The notes under the pieces are model-generated. The model saw nothing but the letters and a program-made list of their open reading frames with translations. It searched no databases and was not told the DNA's origin. The position numbers and the translations under genes were made by a program. Shown here piece after piece: positions 10,898 to 20,978 of a stretch of DNA of 64,000 nt. This DNA is from Kamptonema formosum PCC 6407. GTDB lineage: Bacteria; Cyanobacteriota; Cyanobacteriia; Cyanobacteriales; Microcoleaceae. Location of the stretch: positions 715,156-779,155 of the forward strand of contig NZ_KB235903.1 in assembly GCF_000332155.1 (NCBI RefSeq), given 5' to 3'. The stretch's first letter is position 1. The number at the start of each line of letters is the position of its first letter.

Positions 10898-12436
10898 ATG
10901 CCTCAGAACAATATAGACAAAATTGACGACCACGTTACACTATTTCATCAGGAAGAATATCAACAGCTATTTGCTGGGAAAAAGGAATTTGAAGGCGGCC
11001 ACAGCCCAGAAGAAGTAACTCGAATTGCAGAATGGACAAAGACTTGGGAATATCGCGAGCAAAACTTTAGCCGCGAAGCTTTAACAGTTAATCCAGCTAA
11101 GGCTTGTCAGCCTCTAGGCGCAATTTTAGCAGCAGTAGGTTTTGAAGCTACCCTGCCCTTTGTTCACGGTTCTCAAGGTTGCGTTGCCTACTTCCGTTCT
11201 CACTTTACTCGTCACTTCAAAGAACCATTTTCAGCAGTGTCTTCTTCAATGACTGAAGATGCAGCGGTCTTTGGCGGACAGAATAATATGATTGATGGCT
11301 TGGCGACTTCTTATAATCTCTACAAGCCAAAGATGATTGCTGTCTGTACTACTTGTATGGCGGAAGTGATTGGGGATGACTTGCAAGCCTTTATTAATAA
11401 TGCCAAGGCTGCAGGTTCTGTTCCTCAAGAATATCCCGTTCCTTACGCTCATACACCTAGCTTTGTCGGCTCCCATATTACGGGTTACGACAATATGATG
11501 AAGGGAATTTTATCGAACCTAACAGCCGGTAAAAAAGCCGAAACGACTAACGGTAAGATTAACTTTATTCCCGGCTTTGAAACTTACATTGGTAACTTGC
11601 GCGAAGTCAAGAGAATTGGCTCTCTAATGGGCATAGACTATACGCTGCTGGCGGATAATTCTGAATATCTAGATTCACCAAATACTGGAGAATACAAAAT
11701 GTATCCCGGCGGTACGCCACTGGCAGAGGCAGCCGATTCCATTAATGCAGAAGCGACGATCGCTTTACAATCTTATTCAACCACTAAAACTCGCGATTAC
11801 ATTGATAGCGAGTGGAAGCAACCTACTTATGTCTGCCGTCCTGTAGGTATCCGGGGAACTGATGAATTCTTGATGAAATTATCGGCTCTGACAGGTAAAC
11901 CAATTCCTCAAGAATTGGAAGACGAACGGGGTCGGGCAGTAGACGCGCTAACGGATTCGCAATCATGGCTGCATGGCAAGCGGGTGGCAATGTATGGCGA
12001 TCCAGATTTGGTGATTGGATTAACCCAATTCCTGCTAGAAATTGGTGCTGAACCTGTGCATATCTTGGTAAGCAATAGCAACAATTTGTTTGAAAAAGAG
12101 TTGCAAGCAATTCTAGATGCTAGCCCCTTTGGTAAGGGTGCAACTATCTGGGGTGGTAAGGATTTGTGGCATCTACGTTCTCTCTTATTCACAGAACCCG
12201 TAGATCTATTAATCGGCAACTCCTACGGCAAGTATCTGTGGCGCGATACCAAAACTCCTTTAGTGCGAATTGGCTATCCTATCTTTGACCGCCACCACCT
12301 GCACCGCTATTCTACTTACGGTTATCAAGGTGCGATCAATTTGCTCAACTGGATTGTAAATACGCTACTTGACGAACTGGATCGCAATACCATTATCCCA
12401 GCGAAGACTGATATTTCCTACGACTTGATTCGATAA
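10898..12436 (+). CDS. nifK: Nitrogenase MoFe protein beta chain NifK
   Basis: 512 aa NifK. Confidence 0.95.
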   Translation: MPQNNIDKIDDHVTLFHQEEYQQLFAGKKEFEGGHSPEEVTRIAEWTKTWEYREQNFSREALTVNPAKACQPLGAILAAVGFEATLPFVHGSQGCVAYFRSHFTRHFKEPFSAVSSSMTEDAAVFGGQNNMIDGLATSYNLYKPKMIAVCTTCMAEVIGDDLQAFINNAKAAGSVPQEYPVPYAHTPSFVGSHITGYDNMMKGILSNLTAGKKAETTNGKINFIPGFETYIGNLREVKRIGSLMGIDYTLLADNSEYLDSPNTGEYKMYPGGTPLAEAADSINAEATIALQSYSTTKTRDYIDSEWKQPTYVCRPVGIRGTDEFLMKLSALTGKPIPQELEDERGRAVDALTDSQSWLHGKRVAMYGDPDLVIGLTQFLLEIGAEPVHILVSNSNNLFEKELQAILDASPFGKGATIWGGKDLWHLRSLLFTEPVDLLIGNSYGKYLWRDTKTPLVRIGYPIFDRHHLHRYSTYGYQGAINLLNWIVNTLLDELDRNTIIPAKTDISYDLIR

Positions 12437-12488
12437 ATAGGGTGGTGGGCATGGGAAGAGTTTTGAGTTAAAGAACTGAGTTAAAGAA

Positions 12489-12560
12489 CTAATTCTCCTT
12501 ACCTTCCCTGCCTCCCCTTGCCTTTCTCTGCCTCCCCCTGCCTCCCCTGTTCCTCCTCCT
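12489..12560. repeat. C-rich direct decamer repeats (CTGCCTCCCC x3-4)
   Basis: ccttccctgcctccccttgcctttctctgcctccccctgcctcccctgttcctcctcctcc. Confidence 0.6.
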
Positions 12561-12577
12561 CCCTATCTTCAAGTCCT

Positions 12578-12922
12578 ATGACTACTATCACCCACACGCA
12601 CGATAGCCACACGCACGATCGCCACCCTCACGACCATTACCTCGGCCCCAGAGAAAAGTCTGGTTTCGATCCTCTCTTCCTCCTGCGTCGATGGGTGGAT
12701 AGAGTTCCAGTAAGCGATCGCCAATTTGCCCATCTTATTTGCCAGGTAATTCCCTGTTGTTGTCCTTTTGAACGAGATGTTAATCTGTTCGGACACGCCT
12801 ATCACATTCCGCCTCTGTGCAAATTAAACCCTCTGTATGACGAGTTTGTTGGCTTACGCTTCCGCGCTCTTAGTTATCTAGCAGATGTTTGTTTAGAAGA
12901 CATCACAAAATACATCTGCTAA
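12578..12922 (+). CDS. Mo-dependent nitrogenase C-terminal domain family protein (Mo-nitro_C), between nifK and nifE
   Basis: His-rich N-terminus and Cys-rich core (CQVIPCCCPFERDVNLFGHAYHIPPLC). Position between nifK and nifE as in other cyanobacteria. The ORF track begins on TTG at 12518 inside the C-rich repeat; first ATG is at 12578. Confidence 0.65.
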   Translation: MTTITHTHDSHTHDRHPHDHYLGPREKSGFDPLFLLRRWVDRVPVSDRQFAHLICQVIPCCCPFERDVNLFGHAYHIPPLCKLNPLYDEFVGLRFRALSYLADVCLEDITKYIC

Positions 12923-13025
12923 GTAGAAAAGTTTTGAGTTATGAAGCGAGGAAAAGTCCTTAAAATTCTTTAATTCAAAACTCAAAACTCCTAACTCCTA
13001 ACTATTCTCTTTCCCCCTGACTCCT

Positions 13026-14408
13026 ATGAAGATTACTCAAGGAAAAATTAACGAACTCCTCAGCGAGCCAGGTTGCGAACACAATCATCACAAGCATGGG
13101 GAAAAAAAGAAGAAAGCCTGCCAACAACAAGCCCAACCTGGTGCGGCTCAAGGAGGATGTGCTTTCGATGGGGCGATGATTGCTCTAGTACCTATTACCG
13201 ATGTGGCACACTTGGTTCACGGGCCGATCGCCTGTGCGGGCAATTCTTGGGGAAGTCGAGGCAGTCTTTCCTCTGGTTCTCATCTTTATAAGATGGGTTT
13301 TACTACCGATCTGAGTGAGAATGATATCATTTTTGGTGGCGAGAAACGGCTCTACAAAGCTATTTTGGAAGTCCAAGAACGCTATCAACCAGCAGCAGTT
13401 TTTGTTTACTCCACTTGTGTTACTGCCTTGATCGGAGATGACTTAGATTCCGTTTGCGAAGCTGCGGCGAAGAAGATAGGAACTCCTGTAATTCCTGTTA
13501 ATTCTCCGGGATTTATTGGGAGTAAAAACTTAGGGAATCGAGTAGGTGGAGAATCGCTATTAGAGTATGTAATCGGGACTGCGGAACCTGAATTTACCAC
13601 GCCCTATGACATTAACCTCATTGGCGAATACAATATCGCTGGGGAATTGTGGGATGTAATGCCACTGTTTGAAAAACTAGGCATTCGCGTGCTGGCAAAG
13701 ATGACTGGGGATGCTAGGTATCAGGAAATTTGTTACGCTCACCGAGCCAAACTAAATGTCACAATTTGCTCGAAAGCACTGATCAATATTGCTCGGAAAA
13801 TGGAGGAACGCTACGGCATTCCCTACATTGAAGAGTCTTTTTACGGGGTGGAAGATGTCAACCGTTGCTTGCGAAATATTGCTCTGAAATTAGGCGATCG
13901 CACATTGCAAGCACGAGTAGAAGCACTAATCGCTGAAGAAACCGCCCAGCTCGATCGGGATTTAGCCCCCTATCGCGCTCGACTCAAGGGCAAGCGGGTA
14001 GTGCTCTACACAGGTGGGGTGAAGAGTTGGTCAATTATCTCTGCTGCCAAAGACTTAGGGATGGAAGTAGTCGCCACCAGCACCAAGAAAAGCACAGAGG
14101 AAGACAAAGCCCGGATTCGGGAATTGCTGGGCGCGGAGGGGATCATGATGGAAAAGGGCAATGCCCAGGAATTGCTGAAAGTGATTGCCCAAACCAAGGC
14201 CGATATGTTGATTGCCGGGGGGCGCAATCAATACACAGCCCTAAAAGCTCGCATTCCTTTTCTAGATATCAATCAAGAACGCCACCATTCCTATGCCGGA
14301 TATGCAGGCATGGTATCGATGGCCAGAGAGTTAGAAGAAGCTCTCTACAGCCCAATTTGGGAGCAACTTCGCCAACCGGCACCCTGGGAAAAAGAGGAGG
14401 CAATCTGA
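13026..14408 (+). CDS. nifE: FeMo-cofactor scaffold NifE
   Basis: NifD-like fold, 460 aa, directly followed by nifN. Confidence 0.9.
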   Translation: MKITQGKINELLSEPGCEHNHHKHGEKKKKACQQQAQPGAAQGGCAFDGAMIALVPITDVAHLVHGPIACAGNSWGSRGSLSSGSHLYKMGFTTDLSENDIIFGGEKRLYKAILEVQERYQPAAVFVYSTCVTALIGDDLDSVCEAAAKKIGTPVIPVNSPGFIGSKNLGNRVGGESLLEYVIGTAEPEFTTPYDINLIGEYNIAGELWDVMPLFEKLGIRVLAKMTGDARYQEICYAHRAKLNVTICSKALINIARKMEERYGIPYIEESFYGVEDVNRCLRNIALKLGDRTLQARVEALIAEETAQLDRDLAPYRARLKGKRVVLYTGGVKSWSIISAAKDLGMEVVATSTKKSTEEDKARIRELLGAEGIMMEKGNAQELLKVIAQTKADMLIAGGRNQYTALKARIPFLDINQERHHSYAGYAGMVSMARELEEALYSPIWEQLRQPAPWEKEEAI

Positions 14409-14409
14409 A

Positions 14410-15708
14410 ATGGCTACGATCGCAACTCCCAAAAAATCAGTGGCGGTGAATCCGCTTAAACAAAGTCAGCCTTTGGGCGCTACTCTAGCGTTTTTGGGGC
14501 TCAAAGGGATGATGCCTCTACTGCACGGTTCTCAAGGATGTACTGCCTTTGCCAAGGTAACGCTAGTGCGACATTTCCGAGAAGCAATTCCGCTGGCGAC
14601 TACGGCAATGACGGAAGTAACCACGATTCTAGGTGGAGAGGAAAATGTAGAACAGGCAATTCTGACTTTGGTGGAAAAAGCTCAGCCACTAATGATCGGT
14701 TTGTGTACGACGGGATTGACGGAAACGCGAGGTGATGACATGGAGGGTATTCTCCGCACCATCCGCAAGCGCCACCCGCAATTATACGATTTGCCGATTG
14801 TGTTTGTCTCTGCACCGGACTTTCAAGGAGCATTACAAGATGGCTTTGCCGCTGCGGTAGAAAGCATGATGCGCGAACTTCCCCAAGTTGGGGAAACGCG
14901 ATCGCATCAGGTGACGCTACTGGTTAGTTCCGCCTTTTCCCCTGGAGACGTGCAAGCAGTCAAGGAAATCATCGCTGCTTTTGGACTAACTGCGATCGCA
15001 GTTCCCGATCTATCCACCTCCCTAGACGGTCATTTGGAAGACTCCTACAGCGCGGTGACAGGTGGGGGTACAACTCTACCAGAACTCCGGGCAATTGGTA
15101 GTTCTATTTATACCTTGGCCCTGGGCGAGAGTATGCGCGAGAGTGCGACGATCCTGGAAAAGCAGTTTGGGATTCCATTTGAGGTGTTTCCCCACTTAAC
15201 CGGATTAGCCGCTGTCGATGAGTTTTTACAAGCGCTTTCGGATCTCAGCGGCGTGGATGTGCCAGCAAAATACTGCCACCAACGCCGTCAGTTGCAGGAT
15301 GCGATGTTGGATACTCATTTCTACTTTGGACACAAGCGCGTCTCTTTAGCACTAGAACCGGATTTATTGTCTGCAACTGTCTGGTTATTGAAGGGGATGG
15401 GGGCAGAAATTCAGGCAGCAGTGACGACGACGCGATCGCCCCTGCTAGAAAAACTCCCAGTAGAAACAGTGACAATTGGCGATTTGGAAGATTTTGAGCA
15501 ACTGGCAGCAGGTTCAGATTTGTTGATTACCAACTCTCACGGCGCAGGAATATCTCGTCGCCTCCAGATTCCCCTCTATCGTCAAGGTTTCCCCATTTAC
15601 GATCGCTTGGGTAACGGTCAGCGTTGCACTGTCGGCTATCAGGGAACTACACAGCTTTTGTTTGATATCGGCAATTTATTTTTAGAGCAAGAAGAATCAA
15701 GCGATTGA
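14410..15708 (+). CDS. nifN: FeMo-cofactor scaffold NifN
   Basis: NifK-like, 432 aa. Start is 1 bp after the nifE stop. Confidence 0.85.
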   Translation: MATIATPKKSVAVNPLKQSQPLGATLAFLGLKGMMPLLHGSQGCTAFAKVTLVRHFREAIPLATTAMTEVTTILGGEENVEQAILTLVEKAQPLMIGLCTTGLTETRGDDMEGILRTIRKRHPQLYDLPIVFVSAPDFQGALQDGFAAAVESMMRELPQVGETRSHQVTLLVSSAFSPGDVQAVKEIIAAFGLTAIAVPDLSTSLDGHLEDSYSAVTGGGTTLPELRAIGSSIYTLALGESMRESATILEKQFGIPFEVFPHLTGLAAVDEFLQALSDLSGVDVPAKYCHQRRQLQDAMLDTHFYFGHKRVSLALEPDLLSATVWLLKGMGAEIQAAVTTTRSPLLEKLPVETVTIGDLEDFEQLAAGSDLLITNSHGAGISRRLQIPLYRQGFPIYDRLGNGQRCTVGYQGTTQLLFDIGNLFLEQEESSD

Positions 15709-15786
15709 AAAGGTTAGATTAACTCCGCATCATTTGGCTTGGTTATGCTCTTTCTTCTCTTTCATTTTCTCATGAGGAGGCAAGCA

Positions 15787-16191
15787 ATGAAAATTGCATT
15801 CACGACTAGCGATCGCGTTCACATCAATGCTCACTTTGGTTGGGCAAAAAAGATTGATGTCTATGAAGTTTCAACTGAGGGTTATCAATTCTTAACAACT
15901 CTCAAGTTCGAGGGCGATCTCAAAGAAGATGGTAATGAAGACAAACTCTTACCCAAAATTGAGGCCCTCGCCGACTGCACAATTGTTTATGTTTCAGCAA
16001 TTGGTGGTAGTGCTGCCGCCCGGTTAATCAAAAAGCGGATCACTCCCATTAAAGCCCAATCGGAAGAGCAAGAAATTAGCGATGTCCTCGAAAAGTTAGT
16101 CACAACTTTGAAGGGAAATCCACCGCCTTGGCTGCGAAAAGTCTTGCAACAGTCCAACCATTTCCCCCAAGAAGAATTAGAGTTAAATTAG
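15787..16191 (+). CDS. nifX: NifX (FeMo-co carrier, NifB/NifX family)
   Basis: MKIAFTTSDRVHINAHFGWAKK... dinitrogenase FeMo-co binding domain. ATG at 15787 preceded by gaggagg. Confidence 0.85.
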   Translation: MKIAFTTSDRVHINAHFGWAKKIDVYEVSTEGYQFLTTLKFEGDLKEDGNEDKLLPKIEALADCTIVYVSAIGGSAAARLIKKRITPIKAQSEEQEISDVLEKLVTTLKGNPPPWLRKVLQQSNHFPQEELELN

Positions 16192-16205
16192 AGGAGATTT
16201 ACCCA

Positions 16206-16664
16206 ATGAATGCAACTGAAACCGCCACCGAGAACACCTCATCTGATGTCATTAAGCATCCCTTTCTTCAGGAACTATTACGGCAAATCCGAGCCGAGGA
16301 TTCCTACGGTTTTTACCGCAATTGGTCGGATGAACTCATCCTCAAACCTTTTGTAGTCACCAAGCAAGAAAAGCGCAAAATCCCAGTGGATGGCGATGTT
16401 GAGCCTAATACCAAAGGACGCATTCAATTATTTTATCGCGCGATCGCAGCTCGGATTGAAAAAGAAAGCGGGCTACTTTCTCAGATAGTAATTGATTTAA
16501 GTCACGAAGGCTTTGGCTGGGCATTAGTCTTTTCTGGCCGTCTCCTACTGGTTGCTAGAACCTTGCGCGATGCTCAACGCTTCGGTTTTGACTCCTTAGA
16601 AAAGCTAGCAGAAGAAGGAGAAAAGCTCACCTTATCGGGAATTGAACTAGGTAAATCCTATTGA
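16206..16664 (+). CDS. NifX-associated nitrogen-fixation protein (DUF269)
   Basis: ~152 aa. Position after nifX and the HPFLQELLRQIRAEDSYGFYRNWSDE pattern match DUF269. Confidence 0.75.
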   Translation: MNATETATENTSSDVIKHPFLQELLRQIRAEDSYGFYRNWSDELILKPFVVTKQEKRKIPVDGDVEPNTKGRIQLFYRAIAARIEKESGLLSQIVIDLSHEGFGWALVFSGRLLLVARTLRDAQRFGFDSLEKLAEEGEKLTLSGIELGKSY

Positions 16665-16675
16665 GGAGAACTGTC

Positions 16676-17548
16676 ATGTTACATCTCACACCTACTGAGT
16701 TAGAACGCTACCGTCGCCAAATTATGCTTCCTGGTTTTGGGGAAGAGGCTCAAAAACGATTGAAGTCATCAACAGTATTGGTGACAGGTGTCGGTGGATT
16801 AGGTGGCACTGCTGCACTTTATTTAGCAGTAGCAGGAGTTGGGCGATTAATCCTAGTTCGAGGTGGAGAATTGCGCCTTGATGACATGAATCGCCAGATT
16901 TTGATGACTGACGATTGGGTAGGTAAGCCTAGAGTATTTAAAGCCAAAGAAACACTAGAGGAAATCAATCCTGATGTCCAAGTAGATGCAATTTTTGAGT
17001 ATGTTACACCCGAAAATGTAGATACTTTGGTACAAGCTGCCGATATTGTCCTCGACTGCGCTCATAACTTCATTGAACGCGACTTGTTAAATGCTGCCTG
17101 CGTGCAATGGGATAAGCCAATGGTAGAAGCAGCCATGAACGACATGGAGGCATATTTAACCACAATTGTACCGGGCGAAACTCCTTGTTTATCTTGCATT
17201 TTTCCCGAAAAACCTGATTGGGATAAGCGCGGTTTTGGCGTAATCGGTGCAGTATCTGGAACTCTAGCTTGTCTGACAGCACTAGAGGCAATTAAGCTAC
17301 TGGCAGGAATTGGCAAACCGTTACTTTCTCAATTGTTAACGATGGATTTAGGCAGTTTGGAATTTGCGAAACGTCGTCCTTATCACGATCCAAATTGTCC
17401 AGTTTGTAGCCACAAGAGTAGAGACAAATTGGAAAGCAAGTTGAATCAAAAATTCCCAACTCCAAATCCTTCTAGGTCGAGTGCAACCAAACGGGAAAAA
17501 CCGGGTATTCCTCTCCCCCAAAATTCCTTGCCAATCGCTATTTCGTAG
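16676..17548 (+). CDS. hesA: HesA (MoeB/ThiF-family E1-like adenylyltransferase)
   Basis: LTPTELERYRRQIMLPGFG...VLVTGVGGLGG Rossmann motif, CxxC pairs. The TTG in the track overlaps the DUF269 stop; first ATG is at 16676. Confidence 0.85.
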   Translation: MLHLTPTELERYRRQIMLPGFGEEAQKRLKSSTVLVTGVGGLGGTAALYLAVAGVGRLILVRGGELRLDDMNRQILMTDDWVGKPRVFKAKETLEEINPDVQVDAIFEYVTPENVDTLVQAADIVLDCAHNFIERDLLNAACVQWDKPMVEAAMNDMEAYLTTIVPGETPCLSCIFPEKPDWDKRGFGVIGAVSGTLACLTALEAIKLLAGIGKPLLSQLLTMDLGSLEFAKRRPYHDPNCPVCSHKSRDKLESKLNQKFPTPNPSRSSATKREKPGIPLPQNSLPIAIS

Positions 17549-17658
17549 ATGTTCTCTGCATCTAATTTCTGAAGTTAATCTCTACTTCCTCAGAATTAAA
17601 ACTGGGTAAAATTTACCCGATTAGCTATTAACCCTTACCAAATCTCTTAGGAGTCTTT

Positions 17659-18030
17659 ATGACAGTTACATTAACAGAAGTGGCCGAATTGCGGCTTCGC
17701 GCCTTTCTACAAGGTTCTAGCAAAGCTGAAAATCAGGCACAACGGGGAGTTCGATTTTCCATTGTGGATGGAGGCTGTAGCGGTTATCAATATTCTTTGG
17801 ATATTATCAACGAACCAAAGCCAGATGATGTGCTGGAACAACAGGGGAAAATCCGAGTATATATTGACAAGGAAAGCGCACCTTTATTGGAAGGTGTTGT
17901 AGTTGATTACGTTGAAGGTTTAACTCAAAGTGGCTTTAAGTTTTTAAACCCTAATGCTACTGATACCTGCGGCTGCGGTCAATCTTTCCAAGCAGGAAAT
18001 TGTACTCCTACAGGTGTGCCTTGTAGCTAA
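17659..18030 (+). CDS. hesB: HesB/IscA-type A-type Fe-S carrier
   Basis: GGCSGYQYSL ... CGCGQSF motifs. Confidence 0.85.
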   Translation: MTVTLTEVAELRLRAFLQGSSKAENQAQRGVRFSIVDGGCSGYQYSLDIINEPKPDDVLEQQGKIRVYIDKESAPLLEGVVVDYVEGLTQSGFKFLNPNATDTCGCGQSFQAGNCTPTGVPCS

Positions 18031-18073
18031 CCTTTCGCTGATTTTTTCTTTTTCGATTTCAAGGAATTGACAA

Positions 18074-18373
18074 ATGGCAACTTATAATGTGCGGCTGATC
18101 AACAAGAAGCGAGAAATTGATGTTACTATCCCTGTTGAGGATGATAAATACATTCTGACAGCGGCAGAAGAACATGATATAGAGTTACCTTTTTCCTGTA
18201 GTTCTGGTTCTTGTTCTAGCTGTGTTGGTAAACTAATGGAAGGCAAAGTCGATCAATCAGAGCAGGTGTTTTTAGAGGACGAACAAATAGAAAAAGGATT
18301 TGTTCTTCTCTGCGTAGCTTATCCCCGTTCTGATTGTACGATTCGTACTCACCAAGAAGCTTATCTGGTCTAA
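18074..18373 (+). CDS. fdxH: Heterocyst-type [2Fe-2S] ferredoxin FdxH
   Basis: Plant-type ferredoxin with CSSGSCSSC...C and a [10 protein letters not shown]-terminus. Confidence 0.9.
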   Translation: MATYNVRLINKKREIDVTIPVEDDKYILTAAEEHDIELPFSCSSGSCSSCVGKLMEGKVDQSEQVFLEDEQIEKGFVLLCVAYPRSDCTIRTHQEAYLV

Positions 18374-18540
18374 TTTATCTCTGGTCGATTTAGTCTGTTG
18401 GGCGCATCAGTTGCGGGATTGCTAGTAAGCAATTGGTGCAACCGACAAGTATTCGCACCGAGAATAGAGCAGATGTTTAAACAGAGTAAATTCAATCCCA
18501 AATCTCAACTTGATTAGACTATTGAAGGAGACACTTAACC

Positions 18541-18837
18541 ATGACGACATTAACCGGTTTGACTTTTGGCGGTACTACCTGGACACCCCAATTTGTGGAA
18601 GAAATTAACCAAGATAAATGTATTGGCTGTGGCAGATGTTTTAAAGCTTGTGGTCGCAATGTATTACAGCTAAGAGCCCTGAATGAAGATGGAGAATTTG
18701 TTGAAAATGAGGAAGAGGATGAGATTGAACGGAAAGTGATGAGTATTATTCATCCCGAATACTGTATTGGCTGTGAAGCTTGTTCGCGAGTTTGCCCCAA
18801 AAATTGTTACACTCACAGTTCGCTCGTCCAAGCTTAA
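18541..18837 (+). CDS. fdxB: nif-specific ferredoxin III-like 2[4Fe-4S] ferredoxin (FdxB-like)
   Basis: Two CxxCxxCxxxC(P) motifs ([23 protein letters not shown]) separated by a long spacer. N-terminal [14 protein letters not shown] is typical of FdxB. Confidence 0.7.
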   Translation: MTTLTGLTFGGTTWTPQFVEEINQDKCIGCGRCFKACGRNVLQLRALNEDGEFVENEEEDEIERKVMSIIHPEYCIGCEACSRVCPKNCYTHSSLVQA

Positions 18838-18853
18838 ATCACTGCTAATACTG

Positions 18854-19495
18854 ATGGAAGAGGGAGAAAAAAGTCAAGTTTTTGACCGAGATTGGACTGC
18901 TTATTATCAAGCAGTTGCGGGTCGCTCTCCACGCCCAACTTTACTAACAGCTTTAGCCAGATTTGAAACAGAGCAATCTTTTAATTCAAATCCTTTTGCT
19001 ATAGACCTTGGTTGTGGGGATGGGCGAGATACGATAGAGTTGCTGAAACGCGGGTGGCGGGTATTAGCAATTGACGGTCAAGTAGATGCAATTACTCGTT
19101 TACGTAACCGTTTAGATGTTGATTTTAAACTTCTAGAAACCCGAGTTGAGCGTTTTGAATTAGTTACTCTACCGGATTCAGTAGATTTGGTTAATGCTAG
19201 TTTTTCTCTCCCTTTTTGCCCCCCGGCTAATTTCTCTGAACTGTGGGAAAAAATAGCCACTTGTTTGAGGGAAGGAGGGCGTTTTTCTGGACATTTCTTT
19301 GGTGAACGAGACTCATGGGCAGATCGTAGTTATATGACTCATGTTACTCGTAAACAATTGACAGATTTGCTACAAAATTGCTGGAAGATTGAGGTATTTG
19401 AGGAAGAAGAGCATTTAGGAACAACCCCTTTGGGGGAGGAGAGATACTGGCATATTTTTCATATTGTAGCACGTAAACATCTCGAAAAATTTTAG
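18854..19495 (+). CDS. Class I SAM-dependent methyltransferase
   Basis: DLGCGDGRDTIELLKRGWRVLAIDG motif I. The longer ORF from 18767 overlaps fdxB out of frame; the ATG at 18854 lies 16 bp after the fdxB stop. Confidence 0.7.
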   Translation: MEEGEKSQVFDRDWTAYYQAVAGRSPRPTLLTALARFETEQSFNSNPFAIDLGCGDGRDTIELLKRGWRVLAIDGQVDAITRLRNRLDVDFKLLETRVERFELVTLPDSVDLVNASFSLPFCPPANFSELWEKIATCLREGGRFSGHFFGERDSWADRSYMTHVTRKQLTDLLQNCWKIEVFEEEEHLGTTPLGEERYWHIFHIVARKHLEKF

Positions 19496-19502
19496 GTAAA
19501 TT

Positions 19503-19769
19503 ATGACAGCACAACGCGAAGAGCTTTACATGAATTTGATTGATAAACTGTTACATTGTCCCAATGGCAAAGAACCAGAGGTATTAGATAGTCATCAAGA
19601 TTTGATTGATGCTGGTTTAATACAAGCTATGGCAAAAGTAGCGGCATACTTTGCTCACCATGATAATCCAGACGCATCTAAGTTCTTAATTCATGTTGCC
19701 CGTGAATTGTCAAAACAGTTAGGATTATATACCGAACCTAATCAAGTTGCCCCCACTGAAAATATCTGA
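19503..19769 (+). CDS. Small hypothetical protein (88 aa) at the 3' edge of the nif cluster
   Basis: Begins 7 bp after the MTase stop. No recognisable motif; not NifW-like. Confidence 0.45.
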   Translation: MTAQREELYMNLIDKLLHCPNGKEPEVLDSHQDLIDAGLIQAMAKVAAYFAHHDNPDASKFLIHVARELSKQLGLYTEPNQVAPTENI

Positions 19770-19803
19770 ATATTTCCCGTGTTTTTAGACCGGGAATCTC
19801 AAA

Positions 19804-19860
19804 AATTTACACATAAACCAGAGTTGAAACACTTTTAGCAATCTGGTTTATGTGTAAATT
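19804..19860. terminator. 16-bp perfect inverted repeat hairpin (aatttacacataaacc ... ggtttatgtgtaaatt) between convergent genes
   Basis: Read directly. Likely a bidirectional terminator for the 88-aa ORF and mop. Confidence 0.45.
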
Positions 19861-19900
19861 ATAGGTATGTAAATTATAAGTATGTAAATTATACAGGACT

Positions 19901-20003
19901 TATGCACCTAACCAAAGAAACCGGGTTTTTTGACGAAAATACTTCGTTGTTACCCACCGATGATCTCAAAAACCCGGTTTCTGGAGCCATGAGCGTAAGT
20001 CCT
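19901..20003. repeat. Nested palindromic element: outer arms aggacttatgc/gcgtaagtcct enclosing two inverted copies of the GAAACCGGGTTT(C/T)T repeat
   Basis: Read directly. The same inner repeat pair recurs at 24882-24950. Confidence 0.5.
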
Positions 20004-20015
20004 ATTATATAGGTA

Positions 20016-20225
20016 TTAATCAACAGCAATAATTAAATCTGATGCCTTAATTACTGCGTAAGCTTCTTTGCCTTCTACTATTTCTAGATTGGCAGCAGAT
20101 GCTTTTGTGATAATGGCAACTACTTCAAGTTCAGGAGCAATTTCTAGCGTTACTTCAGCATTAACTGCTCCCACCAATACTTGTTTTACTTTAGCTTTGA
20201 GAACGTTACGAGCGCTAATTTTCAT
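20016..20225 (-). CDS. mop: Molybdopterin/molybdate-binding Mop (TOBE-domain) protein
   Basis: 69 aa starting MKISARNVLKAKV...; single Mop/TOBE domain. Confidence 0.8.
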   Translation of the reverse strand: MKISARNVLKAKVKQVLVGAVNAEVTLEIAPELEVVAIITKASAANLEIVEGKEAYAVIKASDLIIAVD

Positions 20226-20978
20226 TTTTCGAGCTTACCTGGTATTTTCATTAATATTGTATCACCCAAATCTATATTCCAATTGTAATTAAATTTACAT
20301 TTGAAGGTGTTGTTTCTACAAGTTGAGCCTGAAGTTTTTGTTTGTTTATAAATATTGTTTGCAATAACATTTATTTACTTCAAATAAATGCTTAATAAAT
20401 AACTTTAAAAACAGAGGCAGTAAAATTTAGTTGAATAATCCACATTAAATTGTCACAAATATTTTCCCGATTACTCCTACCTTGTATCGTTGCAATACTG
20501 CCATAATTAGTCAAACAGTCAAACACTAATCAAACAATTCATTATTGACTTGTTTAAAGCCATATTCACTCAACTTTATTAAGCTATAAAGTTGAGAAAC
20601 TACTACTTGAATCTTACTTTCCAGATTCGTCATAATATACCATTAGCATTTCATAAAAAATTTTTTCAGAGTTGAATTTTGAGAATCATCGACCATTGCT
20701 GTTATTGTGAGAACTAAGTAGATTAGCGGGAAAATACATTAAGTATGTCATTCCGAGTGAAACGTTGACGTAGCCTGCCCGTTAGGGCTTAGCAATCCCA
20801 ACGGCGAGGATAGCTTTACATTCTGTTACATACCAAGATTGCTCTGCACCTATCTACTTAACTAGAACCAAACTTACACATTAATGTGTCAAACTCAGAT
20901 CACCCGAACTCTTCTTAAAATGGGTTTAAGGAATATCTCTGGGTAAGTCCTACATCAAATACTTTGGAGAACAGAATT

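Noticed and set aside
12518-12577. N-terminal extension (MPFSASPCLPCSSSSLSSSP) of the Mo-nitro_C ORF
   Set aside because: It starts on TTG and is a translation of the C-rich decamer repeat. The first ATG at 12578 gives the conserved His-rich start.
18767-18853. Long form of the methyltransferase ORF overlapping fdxB by 70 bp in another frame
   Set aside because: Overlap is out of frame with a strongly motif-supported ferredoxin. An in-frame ATG at 18854 lies 16 bp after the fdxB stop, so the shorter CDS is more parsimonious.
19503-19769. 88-aa ORF as the missing NifW or DUF683
   Set aside because: Sequence lacks the NifW pattern and does not resemble the Rop-like DUF683. Kept as hypothetical.
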